Positions 39,357 through 49,974 of a stretch of 64,000 nt of DNA are shown in pieces. Position 1 is the first letter of the stretch, and each line of letters starts with the position of its first letter. A model generated the notes under the pieces. The model ran no database searches and was not told the DNA's origin. It saw only the letters and a list, made by a program, of their open reading frames with translations. The stretch lies in the NCBI GenBank assembly GCA_963842885.1, contig CAWJIE010000002.1, positions 96,001-160,000 on the forward strand, read 5' to 3'. This DNA comes from an uncultured Nitrososphaerota archaeon. Its GTDB lineage: Archaea; Thermoproteota; Nitrososphaeria; Conexivisphaerales; DTJL01. A program made the position numbers and the translations under genes.

Positions 39357-41153
39357 CTACAGCAGCAGGAGCCAGGCGGCGAATATGATCGCCGTAGCGA
39401 TGAACAATCCCGCCCAGAGGCGCCGGCTGTGGTCGAAGATGTCCTTCCCGCTCATCGGGGCGACGGGGAAGGTTCCAACGAAGGACATGATCACGCACAT
39501 AGTCAGTCCCGCTCCGCCGATGGCCGCGTAGCCTCCCTTCAGCAGCAGGAAGAACAGCCCGGCGAAGGCCAGGGACACGAGGATCTGAAAAGCGGAGGCG
39601 ATGGCGTCCAATCGCTCGGTGTCCTTTTCGGAGGCCGCGCTCCGGGCGGGTTGCGAGAATGGCACCTTGAAGGCGAAGGTGGTGACGATGAAGAGGAGGA
39701 GCCCCAGGGGCCAGATCTTCTCCTCGCTCCATACGCCCTTGCTTCGCAGGTACACTATGGAGACGTACTCCTGCACGAAGCCGACGAAGACGCCGGTGGC
39801 GAGGAACACCGGGAGCAGCCCCCATATCTGGTCGAACGTCGCGACCTTAGCGTATGAGAATGACAGGGCAAGCACGACTATCGACACTACGTAGGCTAGT
39901 ATCTCCGTCGCGGTGGGAATGAAGACACTCCCAGCCTTCTCCACTGCGGTCTCTTCGGTCTTGGATGAGAGCAGCTCGCTTATCCAGTCTCTAACGTTGT
40001 CGGGGATGAGGCCCTTCGTCTTCTCGGCCAGCGTCCCACCCACGCTTCCCAGAGGGTTGCTCGCGACCGCAAAGACCGCCGAAGCCAATCCCATCACCAC
40101 GGCGGACACGGCGACGGCCGCCGCAGCATTGACCGGCTTGGGAACCCAGACCTGCTGCAGGAGTTCAGAGGTAGACGAAGGACTCGTCGTCGGGGAGTCG
40201 GGGATTACAGAGAGGGTTCCGCTTCCGTAGTTCGCGACGATCACCTCACCTCTGTCGGAATCGTAGGTGGCACCATAGGGCTTGGTCCCCACGGCCACTG
40301 TCGCCACGACAGAGTTGTTCGCGTCCGATATTACCGAGACCGAGGCGGCGTCTCTGTTGAGGACGAATACCTCGCCCTTGCTCGGGTCGTAGACGGTGGC
40401 CCCTGGGCTCGAACCCACTGTCACCGTCGCCACCACAGCGTCGCTGCTGTCTGAGATGACCGACACCGTGCCTGAGACGGAGTTGGCCACGAACACTTCG
40501 CCCTTGGCAGGGTCATAATCCGCTCCCAAGGGGCCGCTACCGACGGAGACCGTCGCTACGACGGTGTTGTTGCTGTCTGAGATAACCGAGACGGAGCGGG
40601 AGTAGGCATTTGCCACGAAGACTTCGCCCTTGGCCGAATCGTAGCACAAGTCATACGGGCCAGTCCCCACAGTTATGGTCGCAACGACCGAGTTATTGCC
40701 GTCGGCGATGACGGAGACTGCATTCCCGCCGGACTCAGCCACGAAGACTTCACCCTTGGCGGAGTCATAGGCGAAAGACGATGGAGAGGCCCCGACAGGC
40801 ACGGTCGCCACGACGGAGTTGTTCGCGTCCGATATGACCGAGACGGTGTTAGCGCCATAGTTGGCGACGAAGATCTCGCCCTTGCCAGCATCGTAGGCAT
40901 CCCTGTACGGCGACTGCCCGACGCTCACGGTTGCACGCACGGCATAGCTGCTGTCCGACAGTGCCAGGACCTTGCCTGCGCCCGAATTGACCAAGAATAT
41001 CTCACCTCTGCCAGAGTCATAGGCTACGCCCCAGGGTGCACCTCCCACCGTCACGGTGGAGGTCACTCCAAGGGCATGGACCACGGTGGGCACTGACAGG
41101 GCAAAAACCATGATGAATATGAAACCCAAGAGCTTCCAAGCTCTGACTCTCAT
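39357..41153 (-). CDS. YVTN beta-propeller protein with multi-TM C-terminal domain
   Basis: 7 YD..KGEVFVAN..VSVISD repeats and a C-terminal membrane domain. Confidence 0.9.
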   Translation of the reverse strand: MRVRAWKLLGFIFIMVFALSVPTVVHALGVTSTVTVGGAPWGVAYDSGRGEIFLVNSGAGKVLALSDSSYAVRATVSVGQSPYRDAYDAGKGEIFVANYGANTVSVISDANNSVVATVPVGASPSSFAYDSAKGEVFVAESGGNAVSVIADGNNSVVATITVGTGPYDLCYDSAKGEVFVANAYSRSVSVISDSNNTVVATVSVGSGPLGADYDPAKGEVFVANSVSGTVSVISDSSDAVVATVTVGSSPGATVYDPSKGEVFVLNRDAASVSVISDANNSVVATVAVGTKPYGATYDSDRGEVIVANYGSGTLSVIPDSPTTSPSSTSELLQQVWVPKPVNAAAAVAVSAVVMGLASAVFAVASNPLGSVGGTLAEKTKGLIPDNVRDWISELLSSKTEETAVEKAGSVFIPTATEILAYVVSIVVLALSFSYAKVATFDQIWGLLPVFLATGVFVGFVQEYVSIVYLRSKGVWSEEKIWPLGLLLFIVTTFAFKVPFSQPARSAASEKDTERLDAIASAFQILVSLAFAGLFFLLLKGGYAAIGGAGLTMCVIMSFVGTFPVAPMSGKDIFDHSRRLWAGLFIATAIIFAAWLLLL

Positions 41154-41351
41154 GTAATTCCCAGACTTCCTTCTTGCGGAGGAGTATTCCCTGATTAAGA
41201 CTTAAGATTTTCCCTCGCCCGCATCAAGTTTGAATCAGAAATGGCCGAGCGGAATTGCTAAATCGTGCAAGCTCTCGGGAGGTCGCAGGGCTTGCCATCC
41301 TAGCCCTGACGATCAGGAAGACGACCAAGCGGGTAGAGTCGCACTCGAATT

Positions 41352-41542
41352 GACGATCCTCGCTTGATCATGTTTGAGTCATTGAAAACAATAGGTCAAT
41401 TGACCGGGGGGAGGGGCGCCCCGAGCCCATGGCAGTCTTGGATCTCTGTTGCTGCCGGAAAAGGAATCAATATCATCAACCTGACCTACGACGATTCTCG
41501 CTTAGTCATCTTTAGCATATTGAAAGCAATAGGTTAATTGAA
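41352..41542 (+). repeat. Linker+C (41352-41403) followed by B+linker+C (41438-41542)
   Basis: Two tandem C copies and one B core (41441-41474). Confidence 0.88.
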
Positions 41543-41682
41543 TGGGAGATAGCCAGCGGAGAGTGTAGGGACCTATCGGACGACCTTCACCATCGCCATG
41601 CGGTCGACCGCGAAGCCTTTCTTCTTGTGCAGTCTTATGGCATATTCATTCTAAGCCGAAAGAGCGACGGTCCTTGACTCCT

Positions 41683-43599
41683 TCAGGCCAGGGGGGCCGT
41701 CGCGAGGGTGGAGAACGAGGACAGGTCGCTCACCATGACCTCGCTCTGCGATATGGTGTAGAGGCAGTTCCCTATGATGACGCTCCTGTCTATCTGCAGG
41801 CTGCTGTTGGGCGAGTCGCCGAAGTTCTGGCTGGCGGGGTACTGGGAGACCTTGCCGAGGAGCGTGAAGCCTGTGTCCGTCACGTTGAAGACATAGACGC
41901 CCTGCCAGACGATGTCGCCATAGGGCGGAGGGCTGTTCGGGTCAACCGTCTGGTTCCCGCTCACCTGCGCGAGCGTGACCGGGATCACCATTATGTTCCG
42001 TGTCGAATCGAAGGTGAACGCTAGATGGTCGCTGAGCACGGGGGAATCCGTCCCGCGGTCCCCTATCAGGTACTTTGAGACCTGCGTCGACGTCCCGTTG
42101 TCGAAGACCTGGAAGAGGGAAAGCTTCAGCCCGAGGTACCAGGCGAAGTCGCCGTTGGATGATGGCACCGCGTCCTTCCCGACGCCTATCAGGTACCCGT
42201 TCGGTAGAGGATGGAGGTAATCAGAGAAGCCGGTGACCTTAAGGGCGCTGAGGATGACGGGGTTGGTCACGTCCTTGAAGGAGATGGCGAACAGCGGGTC
42301 GATCTGCTCGAATGTGACCACGTAGCCCATGTCATCAACGAAGCGAACGGCATAGATGTTCTCCCCTGGCGCGATGTTCTTGAGGGCGGCCACTTGGCTC
42401 ATGTTCTGGTCGAGCACGTAGACGTCGTCGCTCGTCGTCCCTACCCCGTTGATGACGGCCGTTCCGCTCGTCGCCACCCTGAAGTACCCGTCGTATTCGT
42501 CCATCGAGAACTGGTTCAGGACCGCCCCCGGCACCGAGGCCACGGCCGCCACGCCGACGGCGCCGTTCGAGTACGAAGCGCGGAATATTGTGCTGTTCTG
42601 CGATTGTACCGTCGTGGTCGGCGTCGCGATGCCACCGTTGAAGACGTCCCCGGGGATGCCGTCGGCGTAGAACACGGGATAGTTGGCGTAAACGACGTAG
42701 ATGTTAGCCGTGGACACGTAGATCGTCGAGGACGGTCCGGTGAGGACTGTGGTGACGTTGTTCGTCCCCGTGGACATGCTCATGCTTACGATCATCGTGT
42801 AGTAGCTGATGAGCGTCACGTTCTGCGCGTAGAATATGGAGGACGGCGGGAGGACCACCATGTTGCCGTTCTCGTACACTTCTGGCATCGCGGCCGTCGC
42901 GTTGCCGTTCGTCCACTGGTAGGAGGGCTGCTGGACGACGGCGTAGGCGTATCCCTGGGCCATGCGCGCCGACACGTAGCTCCCTTGGATGCTGGAGTTC
43001 TCCATCAGCCTTGGCGATGAGAGGTTGGAGACGTCATAGAGGAGGAGGTCGATGTACATGTCGCCTGAGGACCGCTGGCTGACGACGAAGAGGCGGTCCT
43101 GATAGACCTCTATCCCCAGCACGTTGTCTCCCTTGAGGGAGATCGTAGAAAGGACGGCCGTCGAATTCGGCGGGTAGGCGTTCATTATCGTCACGGCGTC
43201 GGTCGTCGAAACGAAGAGGTGCGTCCCGTCCGTCTTCACCCTGTCTACCTCGTCGACGCCCTGGACTTGGACGTTGGTGCCCGTGAACGAGGGGGTCGAG
43301 ACCGAAGAAGTGAGTGCGGCGGCGGCGTTACCCATGTCCGGCAAGCCGACGAAGATCCCGCCGAATCCGCCCAATGTGCCGTACCTCTGCACGCTCTTGG
43401 CGTTCGCATCGATGAAGGCCCGAAGTCCAGGGTAGCCCTGGAAGGAGCTTATCCCCTCCGCGACCGCATTTGCCGGAGGAACGTTATAGTTCAGGGACAG
43501 CACGGAGAGCATGCCAAGCAGGCCCGCCGTGCATACTATTCCTATGACGAGAATCGCAGCATTCTTGCGCCACGTGTGGTTCGCCGAAGCCTTCTGCAT
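41683..43599 (-). CDS. Secreted beta-propeller domain protein (COG4880/Beta_propel-like)
   Basis: TNVQVQGVDE.D.VKTDG, LNQFSMDEY, YAVRF..YVVTF.Q.DPLF and GFSDYLHP motifs. Confidence 0.9.
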   Translation of the reverse strand: MQKASANHTWRKNAAILVIGIVCTAGLLGMLSVLSLNYNVPPANAVAEGISSFQGYPGLRAFIDANAKSVQRYGTLGGFGGIFVGLPDMGNAAAALTSSVSTPSFTGTNVQVQGVDEVDRVKTDGTHLFVSTTDAVTIMNAYPPNSTAVLSTISLKGDNVLGIEVYQDRLFVVSQRSSGDMYIDLLLYDVSNLSSPRLMENSSIQGSYVSARMAQGYAYAVVQQPSYQWTNGNATAAMPEVYENGNMVVLPPSSIFYAQNVTLISYYTMIVSMSMSTGTNNVTTVLTGPSSTIYVSTANIYVVYANYPVFYADGIPGDVFNGGIATPTTTVQSQNSTIFRASYSNGAVGVAAVASVPGAVLNQFSMDEYDGYFRVATSGTAVINGVGTTSDDVYVLDQNMSQVAALKNIAPGENIYAVRFVDDMGYVVTFEQIDPLFAISFKDVTNPVILSALKVTGFSDYLHPLPNGYLIGVGKDAVPSSNGDFAWYLGLKLSLFQVFDNGTSTQVSKYLIGDRGTDSPVLSDHLAFTFDSTRNIMVIPVTLAQVSGNQTVDPNSPPPYGDIVWQGVYVFNVTDTGFTLLGKVSQYPASQNFGDSPNSSLQIDRSVIIGNCLYTISQSEVMVSDLSSFSTLATAPLA

Positions 43600-43652
43600 G
43601 AGCTATCGGGAGGATGTGTCGTGATTAAAGCTCAACTAAACGAACATCCGTT

Positions 43653-43790
43653 CTAAAGCGCCGAACGCCCATCCGTTCCTTCATCGGAGAGGGCGTAGTT
43701 TCCGTCAGGACCGAGGACAATCAACCCTTCAAGTTTCTTTAAGTGGGAATTCAAGTTGCCGCTGCTGGATATGACCATCACGGACAGCAT
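43653..43790 (-). pseudogene. Winged-HTH gene fragment
   Basis: Manual translation ..ISSSGNLNSHLKKLEGLIVLGPDGNYALSDEG..; N-terminal part missing, abuts module A. Confidence 0.6.
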
Positions 43791-43798
43791 GTCTTAGA

Positions 43799-43869
43799 CG
43801 CAGGCTTGGACTTGCGAAATGGGCTGACTGGTTCATCCTTGAGTTATTGAGAACAACAGGTCAATTGAA
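43799..43869 (+). repeat. Module A+C composite
   Basis: cgcaggcttggacttgcgaaatgggctgactggttcatccttgagttattgagaacaacaggtcaattgaa. Confidence 0.9.
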
Positions 43870-43957
43870 TCAGGTAAAGGTCTGCCAACGGCGGCGAGTT
43901 TCCTTCTGTCTAACATCAACGCATCAACCTTGCAGGACGGGGGTTCTGTGAAAGACG

Positions 43958-44189
43958 TAACAGTTGGCTGAGACGGTTCTCACTGTCAAGATGATGTCTT
44001 CCTGATGCGGTTCCTGCAACAGTTCATGCTTCGTCTGCCCCGCATAAGGGACATATGCACCTACAGCGGCGATTACGAAGCCCACGAGCGCGTTGTTATA
44101 CTTCGGAGGAACCCTTGCGAATGCCTCCGATAACCCCTTCGAGCCCACCAGGACTAGCAGGGTCAGCGAAAGGATTGAACCGACGGCGA
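43958..44189 (-). pseudogene. Diverged 232-bp copy of 13781-14012 (3' end of the Ni/Co transporter gene plus operator repeats)
   Basis: Colinear match, e.g. GSILSLTLLVLVGSKGLSE.FARVPPKYN.ALVGFVIAAVG. Confidence 0.88.
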
Positions 44190-44269
44190 CCATGAAGCCT
44201 AAGCCAAGACTTCGAAGCTATTGCAAAGGGTCATGTAGTTTCTCTACGTATCCACGATGAAAGGACAGT

Positions 44270-44770
44270 TTGGCGGATATCGCAGAGGACGGTTTGAAAA
44301 CCGTCGGGCACCAGGGGCCCAAGGACGTTCGGGGGGATGGCGACGGCCAGCTGCGGTCCGTAATCGACAACGCACCCTTCGGAATCCACTTCTACAAGCT
44401 GGAGCAGGAAGGCCGCCTCGTCTTCGTCGGAGCGAACCCCGCCGCGGACCGGATACTCAACTTCTCGCACAGCCATATAGTCGGCAAGACGATAGAGGAG
44501 GCCTTCCCCGGTCTGAAAGGGACGAAGATCCCCAGCGAGTACCGGCGGGTCGCCGACACCGAAATGGGCATGAACAAGGAGCAGCTCGACAAGCTGTTCA
44601 CGCCCCTTTTCACGACCAAGGCCCAAGGCCTCGGCATGGGGCTGGCCATCTGCAAGCGCCTCGTCGAAGTCCACGGCGGCTGGATAGACGTGAAGAGCAG
44701 GCCCGGCAGGGGCACGACCTTCAGGGTCACGCTCCCGCGCATGGTTACTGCCTTCCGACGACACCGATGA
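44270..44770 (+). pseudogene. Histidine kinase remnant: PAS fragment fused to HATPase_c
   Basis: LRSVIDNAPFGI..ANPAA (PAS) joined at RRVADT to GM..LFTPLFTTK.QGLGMGL..HGG (D/F/G boxes); no HisKA or N box. Confidence 0.8.
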
Positions 44771-45010
44771 CAGCCAGTGGCTTCATGCCGATGGCCGAAG
44801 GAGACCTGGGGCTAAACGCAACTGAAGCCGTGTCCAGCCTCTTCCGATGCGCCTGTCTGGGCGACGACGATACGGTCACCGAGCTATAGGCAATGCTTGT
44901 GCTGCTGGTGTTGCCATTGACCGCCACCTGAGCCCTTAGCGCGGTTTCGTGACATTGCTTTATGCGGAACCTGACAAATGACGGTGCGTTCTGAGGCTTA
45001 GCATTAAGTA

Positions 45011-45740
45011 ATGCAACCATTCCCCATTCAACCGATGCAGCAGCCTGCGACGGGGAGGAACGTCAAACTGGTTCTTGCGGCTCTACTTGTGGCCCTTCTT
45101 GTGCTTTCGTCTGGGTTCGCCTTCTACTATGTGCAGACCGTCTCGACGATTGCAGACCTCCGGAACCAGATCGCCGTAGACCAGCAGCAGCTATCGAACC
45201 TGCAAGCCCAATTGACAAATGAGTCCATCCCTCTCAGGTTCCCGTCCGGGCTTCCCTTCTACTTGGAGAGCAACGGCACGTTGCCGGGAGAGGAACTGGT
45301 ATTGCTGATGCAGCCGAATTCGGTGGCCTTCATAACGCTGAGCTACACGTGGCGACAGGTCGGCTTCTTCGGCAACGGCACGCTCTTTCCATCGGTGGAC
45401 GTCTGGGAGAATCAGACTGCCGGCGGAACAACTTCTGGAGGTTTCGTCCAGACTCCGGACGTGAGCATCTTCGCGACACCGGGTACCGTATCCGTGAACC
45501 AGACCACGCCGACCACGGTCGTCCTTACGCTCAGCTCCAACGATGCTTCAAAGGGGATTCTACCTCTTGGGCATCCCCTATCTGTGTCCTGAGGCGCTTC
45601 TGGCAGTAGGCTACCCGGCGGCGCAAATCAACTACTCCTCCTTTAATGCCCCAGTGCTATATTGCCCTGCCTTCGGGTATGACATATCCATCGTAGGGCT
45701 AAGCGGAATGGCCTATACTTATGTTCCAATTGGGCAGTGA
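45011..45740 (+). CDS. Membrane-anchored secreted hypothetical protein, frameshifted near 45555
   Basis: TM + coiled coil; ..DASKG continues as GFYLLGIPYLC.. in another frame at a GGGG run. Confidence 0.65.
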
Positions 45741-45746
45741 AGACGG

Positions 45747-45785
45747 TTTGGGTATCTATTGCTGCTGGAAAAGAAGGCGATATCA
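45747..45785 (+). repeat. Module B
   Basis: GGTATCTATTGCT GCTGGAAA AGAAGGCGATATC, about 7 bp after a stop. Confidence 0.87.
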
Positions 45786-45880
45786 GCTCTCAGAGTCGAG
45801 CCGCCGTTGAACATCAACCCGAAGCCGTGACTTCGAACCGTCCACTCGAATAGAACTAAATACGCAACCCCGTCTATGCA

Positions 45881-46459
45881 TTGCAAATGACCTCCGGAGG
45901 CTCAACGGTCGGGGGACGGAGCGGCATCGGCGCCACAAGGCTGGCCATCCTCATTGCGGTCGTGGCGATCGTAGCGGCTTCTTCCGCCTGCGCAATCCTG
46001 TACTATGACTATATGTCCCAGCGAACGGAGATGTCGGGTCTGCGGGGCACCATTTCGTCCCTTCAGCAGCAGGTCGCCATCCTTGAGCTGCAGCTCAATG
46101 CCCTCCAAGAACAGCTGAACATCACGGGGCCGTCTCAATCGGTGTCGATAACGGAGGTCACGTGCGAAACGAACGTCTGTGGCATCGAGTTGGTGGGCCT
46201 AAGGGAGAACGTCTCCGTGACGGGGATCCAGATAGGGAACACCACCTTCACGACTGCCGGCCCCCTGTGCAGGTGCGAAGAGGCGTGTCCGCTGTACATG
46301 TTGGCGATGCCGATTCACCTCCAGCAGGGGGTGGCGTTCGACCTCTCCGAGTCGGTGAACCTAGCCCCCGGCCAATCGGTGGTGGTCCGCGTCCTCGCCG
46401 ACGACGGCTCGGTGGCCAGCGCCATGGCCCCTGTCGGGAACGGCACCTGTATCCCCTGA
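45881..46459 (+). CDS. Membrane-anchored Cys-rich hypothetical protein
   Basis: TM + coiled coil + small beta domain. Confidence 0.7.
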   Translation: MQMTSGGSTVGGRSGIGATRLAILIAVVAIVAASSACAILYYDYMSQRTEMSGLRGTISSLQQQVAILELQLNALQEQLNITGPSQSVSITEVTCETNVCGIELVGLRENVSVTGIQIGNTTFTTAGPLCRCEEACPLYMLAMPIHLQQGVAFDLSESVNLAPGQSVVVRVLADDGSVASAMAPVGNGTCIP

Positions 46460-46779
46460 CCGGAGCCTGCAGGAGGCGGTGGGCGAAGACGGGGAGGCCG
46501 CCGCTGCACTTCGAGGATCAAAGTGCCTGCGATTCTTATCCCTGCCCGACCCTCCTTCCCCCAGACACTGAAGACCGTGTTGCGACCGCCTATGAGCGAT
46601 CGTCCTCTCAGGCCAAGATGAGAGCGCTGGTTCCAACACCCAAGCACGCGCGTGCGATGCCGGAAATGTGCGGCTCGGCCAGACCGTCGGCGAAGGTCTC
46701 CATGAACCCTCGAACCTCCCAAATCGGCCGAAACATCTGAAAGATGCTGGAAAAGCTGAGAAAGTCGGCGTGAATATGG

Positions 46780-47160
46780 CTAGTCGGCCGTGCCCTCTCT
46801 AGCGCGCCAGGGGAGGGAACCCCTGAAAGTGAGGTAGACGAGGACGCCTGCTATCCCTCCCAGGAACACCGGCAGAAGCGTAATCATCACAAGGAGGCCG
46901 CCCTGGTGGGGGATCGATGATACAGAAGCTGCGAGCGAGAGGTTGACCTGGTTTACCGTGGAGGAGAAGATGCCCGAGGAGTTGGTCGCCGGGACGGCCG
47001 GGCCGAAAGCGGAGCCGCCGCTGGATGTCGGGGTCATGGAGGCGGCGAGGCCTCCTCCCTGGATGGCAGGGAGGAGCACCACTACGAGAGCTGCCAGGAC
47101 GCCCGCCAGGGCGCTGAAGGTGAACCCGCGGCCTGCCATTGCGACTTCTCTAACCCCCAA
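46780..47160 (-). CDS. Two-TM hypothetical protein
   Basis: Two TM around a Ser/Gly-rich loop; co-oriented with the regulator. Confidence 0.65.
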   Translation of the reverse strand: MGVREVAMAGRGFTFSALAGVLAALVVVLLPAIQGGGLAASMTPTSSGGSAFGPAVPATNSSGIFSSTVNQVNLSLAASVSSIPHQGGLLVMITLLPVFLGGIAGVLVYLTFRGSLPWRAREGTAD

Positions 47161-47179
47161 GCCAAGTTAATACTAACTG

Positions 47180-47626
47180 TTAGAACGGCCTCCTACGCCA
47201 GGTCCGCCACGCCTCGTACCAGAAGGCGGCGGCACCGCCCACGGTGCCCACGAACGTGTAAAGGTTGATCGAGGCGGGCGTCAGGAGGAGGGAGGCCGCG
47301 GCTATGACCGTGAAGAATGGCGCGTAGAAGCCGAGGCGGGGGAGGGTCATGCCGCCGACATTCGCGAAGGACTGCAGGACGCCGACATCGACCTTCCTGA
47401 TGAGGACGTAGCGGCCGAAGTTGTCCCGCTCCACGATGCCCAGGCCCACGAGCTTGTCCATGTGATGAGACGCGACGCTGGGGCTGGAGAACCCGAGCTC
47501 TCGTTGGACCTCTCTGATCCCTACGGCAGAACCGTGTCTCAGCAGGTAAACGTACAACTGAAACGTCTTCCCCTTCAGCCCGTACTCTATCTCGTCCCGC
47601 CCCGGCCCTTCCCCCGGCTGTGACAT
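47180..47626 (-). CDS. Membrane-tethered HTH transcriptional regulator
   Basis: LKGKT..Y.YLL..GIREVQRELGFSSPSVASHH..KL plus 2 C-terminal TM. Confidence 0.85.
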   Translation of the reverse strand: MSQPGEGPGRDEIEYGLKGKTFQLYVYLLRHGSAVGIREVQRELGFSSPSVASHHMDKLVGLGIVERDNFGRYVLIRKVDVGVLQSFANVGGMTLPRLGFYAPFFTVIAAASLLLTPASINLYTFVGTVGGAAAFWYEAWRTWRRRPF

Positions 47627-47772
47627 CGGTATCGCTCAAGCGGCTCTCGACTAAAAGTGTTGGCGGCGCCCGGAGCCGGTCCGGGCCGGCACAGCCCGTT
47701 CTACTTTCTGGACGGGAGCCGTTCCTGAAGTTGGGACTATAGTCCGGCCTCCCCTCATCGAGGGCGGTCGGA

Positions 47773-48723
47773 ATGCCCAAGATGCCCAGGGTCAGCGGAA
47801 AGGTGCTCGCAGCGATGGTGGTCGCCATGGCCGTCGCGTTCGCGGTGACCGGTTTCGTCCTCCAAGGAGGCGTCCTGACGGCCGGGCTGCAGGCAAGTCC
47901 CCAGGAGTCCGGTTCGTCCGGGAGCCTTTCGGCCAACATAAACATGGGGTCGGCCGCCTCCACCGATGCCGGCACACCCCAGGCGGCCACGTCGCTTCAG
48001 ACGGGATCGTCCGCCACCATCGACCGCCTCGTCGTCTTCACCGGCAGCGTCTCTCTCAACGTCACCAACAGCAGCCTGGCCTTCCAGGAGGTCCAGAACG
48101 TGGCCCAGCTTGACGGGGGGTACGTCAGCGACTCCTCCGTCGGACCCGAAGACGGGTATGGCACCCAGGTCGTAGCCACGGCGGTCGTCCGCGTGCCGGC
48201 CGACAACTTCGCCCAGGCGATGGCGGACCTGCAGAAGCTTGGCCAGGTCATCTCGGCCCAGACCTCCAGCAAGGACGTCACGGGCGACTATGTCAACCTG
48301 AACGCAAGCCTGACGAGCTACCAGAAGCTGCTGGCGCAGTATCAGGGCTTCATGAACCTTACGACGAACGTCACGGACGCGCTCACCGTCCAGGCCAAGA
48401 TCGACTCGGTGCAGCAGACGATCGATTCGCTGACGGCCCAGATCCAGGAGATGTCAAAGGAGGTCAACCTGGCCACCATAACCGTCACGATCACGGAGCA
48501 CTTCCAGGAGGCCCCTGCCCCTGCGAAGAAGGACATGCTCAGCGATGCGACCGGCTTCGCTTGGGGCTTCGCCATGGTCGAAGCGAGAGGTGCCGCCTTC
48601 CTGACGGTGGGGCTGTCCCCACTCTGGGTGTGGCTGGTTCCCCTCCTGGTTGTGACAAGGATGCTCTACGCAAGGAGAGCTGGCAGCAGGGTCGGCGCGT
48701 CCAAGGTCAAAGCGGAGAGCTAA
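47773..48723 (+). CDS. DUF4349-like protein
   Basis: GGYVSDS, VRVPA, DVTGDYVNL, coiled coil, ATITV and a C-terminal TM. Confidence 0.85.
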   Translation: MPKMPRVSGKVLAAMVVAMAVAFAVTGFVLQGGVLTAGLQASPQESGSSGSLSANINMGSAASTDAGTPQAATSLQTGSSATIDRLVVFTGSVSLNVTNSSLAFQEVQNVAQLDGGYVSDSSVGPEDGYGTQVVATAVVRVPADNFAQAMADLQKLGQVISAQTSSKDVTGDYVNLNASLTSYQKLLAQYQGFMNLTTNVTDALTVQAKIDSVQQTIDSLTAQIQEMSKEVNLATITVTITEHFQEAPAPAKKDMLSDATGFAWGFAMVEARGAAFLTVGLSPLWVWLVPLLVVTRMLYARRAGSRVGASKVKAES

Positions 48724-48899
48724 CCGTAGCATATCTGAAAGATGGGACTAAACGGAGAGGGCTCCGCAAATAGCTACTTTCTATACGCATTTCCTCTACG
48801 CCGTGTTCTGGATTAAGGTGAGGCATCAAGTCTGACCGCAACAGAGTACTCCCCATGGTGGGTGACGCTGGCGTCGACGGATTCGAACTGCGGGCGTCG

Positions 48900-49877
48900 C
48901 TAGAGGTCGTACACGCTGCCCGGAACCCTGGGGAAGAGCTGCACGTCGCCCACGTGACGAGCCCCCACCAGCCATCTTACGAGCCTTTCAACTCCTATCC
49001 CCGCTCCCGCCGAGGGCCTGAGCCTCCCCTCCTTGGCCAACCGGAGCAGGGTGGTGTAGCTTCCTTCGTTCACGCCGTCCCTCTTCATCTTCCAGGCCAT
49101 CTTGTCGTGGTCCCACTCCCTCCTCGAGCCTGAAAGGACTTCCCCGCAGCAGGGAAGGAAGAGGTCGTAGTTGTCCCATCTCCCCGTCTGCAGGTCCTCG
49201 AAGTCGTAGAACTCGCGTGGCATGTCGGTGACCCAGACGGGTTCCCCTATCTTCGAAGGCAGGGCCTCCTCCCATCCCCTGCCATACTGCGCTTCGAGGT
49301 CCACCCTGTCGATCTCCTTGAACGGAACGTGCAAGGGCACCGCTGCCTGGTCAGGGGAGACACGAGCCAGGGCCTCCTTCGCCTGCTCTGCCATGCCCCC
49401 AACCAGCTTCAGCATCATGAGCTCCACAAGACGCTTGATGTCTGAAGATGTCGCTCCTCTGCTTTCGAAGTCCAGCTGAGTGAATTCATAAGCGTGCCTA
49501 CCGGTGGCCGCCCTCTCCCTGTTCTCTATCCGGATGTTGGGTGAAAGCGTGAAGAGCTTGGGGGCCACCAGGGAGCTGGCCACCATCTTGTGCTCTATCA
49601 TGCTGAGGGTCGCCAGGACCGTCTCGCCGTACACCTCGACTCTCAGCCTCTCTTCTAGGGAGGCGCCCGCGTCGGGCCACAGCGGGTCCGTCGACTTGGA
49701 CAGGACGACGGGGAGCACCCACTGGAACCCCTCGGCCATCAAGCTGCCCGTCAAGGATGACAGGACCCCCGTCGTCACCTCGGCCACCAGCGCCTTCCTC
49801 TCCAGCTCGGCCGGTGAAAGTCTGTCCAGAGGGGCGGGGACGGCCCCTTCCGAATCCGACCTCGTCGATTCCGGCAC
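48900..49877 (-). CDS. asnA: Archaeal asparagine synthetase A (AsnRS-like)
   Basis: SKSTDPLWPD, SMIEHK, HAYEFTQLDFE, PREFYD, EVLSG and SAGAGIGVERL; probable GTG start at 49877. Confidence 0.88.
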   Translation of the reverse strand: MPESTRSDSEGAVPAPLDRLSPAELERKALVAEVTTGVLSSLTGSLMAEGFQWVLPVVLSKSTDPLWPDAGASLEERLRVEVYGETVLATLSMIEHKMVASSLVAPKLFTLSPNIRIENRERAATGRHAYEFTQLDFESRGATSSDIKRLVELMMLKLVGGMAEQAKEALARVSPDQAAVPLHVPFKEIDRVDLEAQYGRGWEEALPSKIGEPVWVTDMPREFYDFEDLQTGRWDNYDLFLPCCGEVLSGSRREWDHDKMAWKMKRDGVNEGSYTTLLRLAKEGRLRPSAGAGIGVERLVRWLVGARHVGDVQLFPRVPGSVYDL

Positions 49878-49974
49878 GCCCACCTGGACCCTCAGGCGCG
49901 AATAAAAGCATATTGCCATGCAATCCGGCATTTTGACGGAACAAAGACCATATATGGGTGGAGATGTTAGCAAT

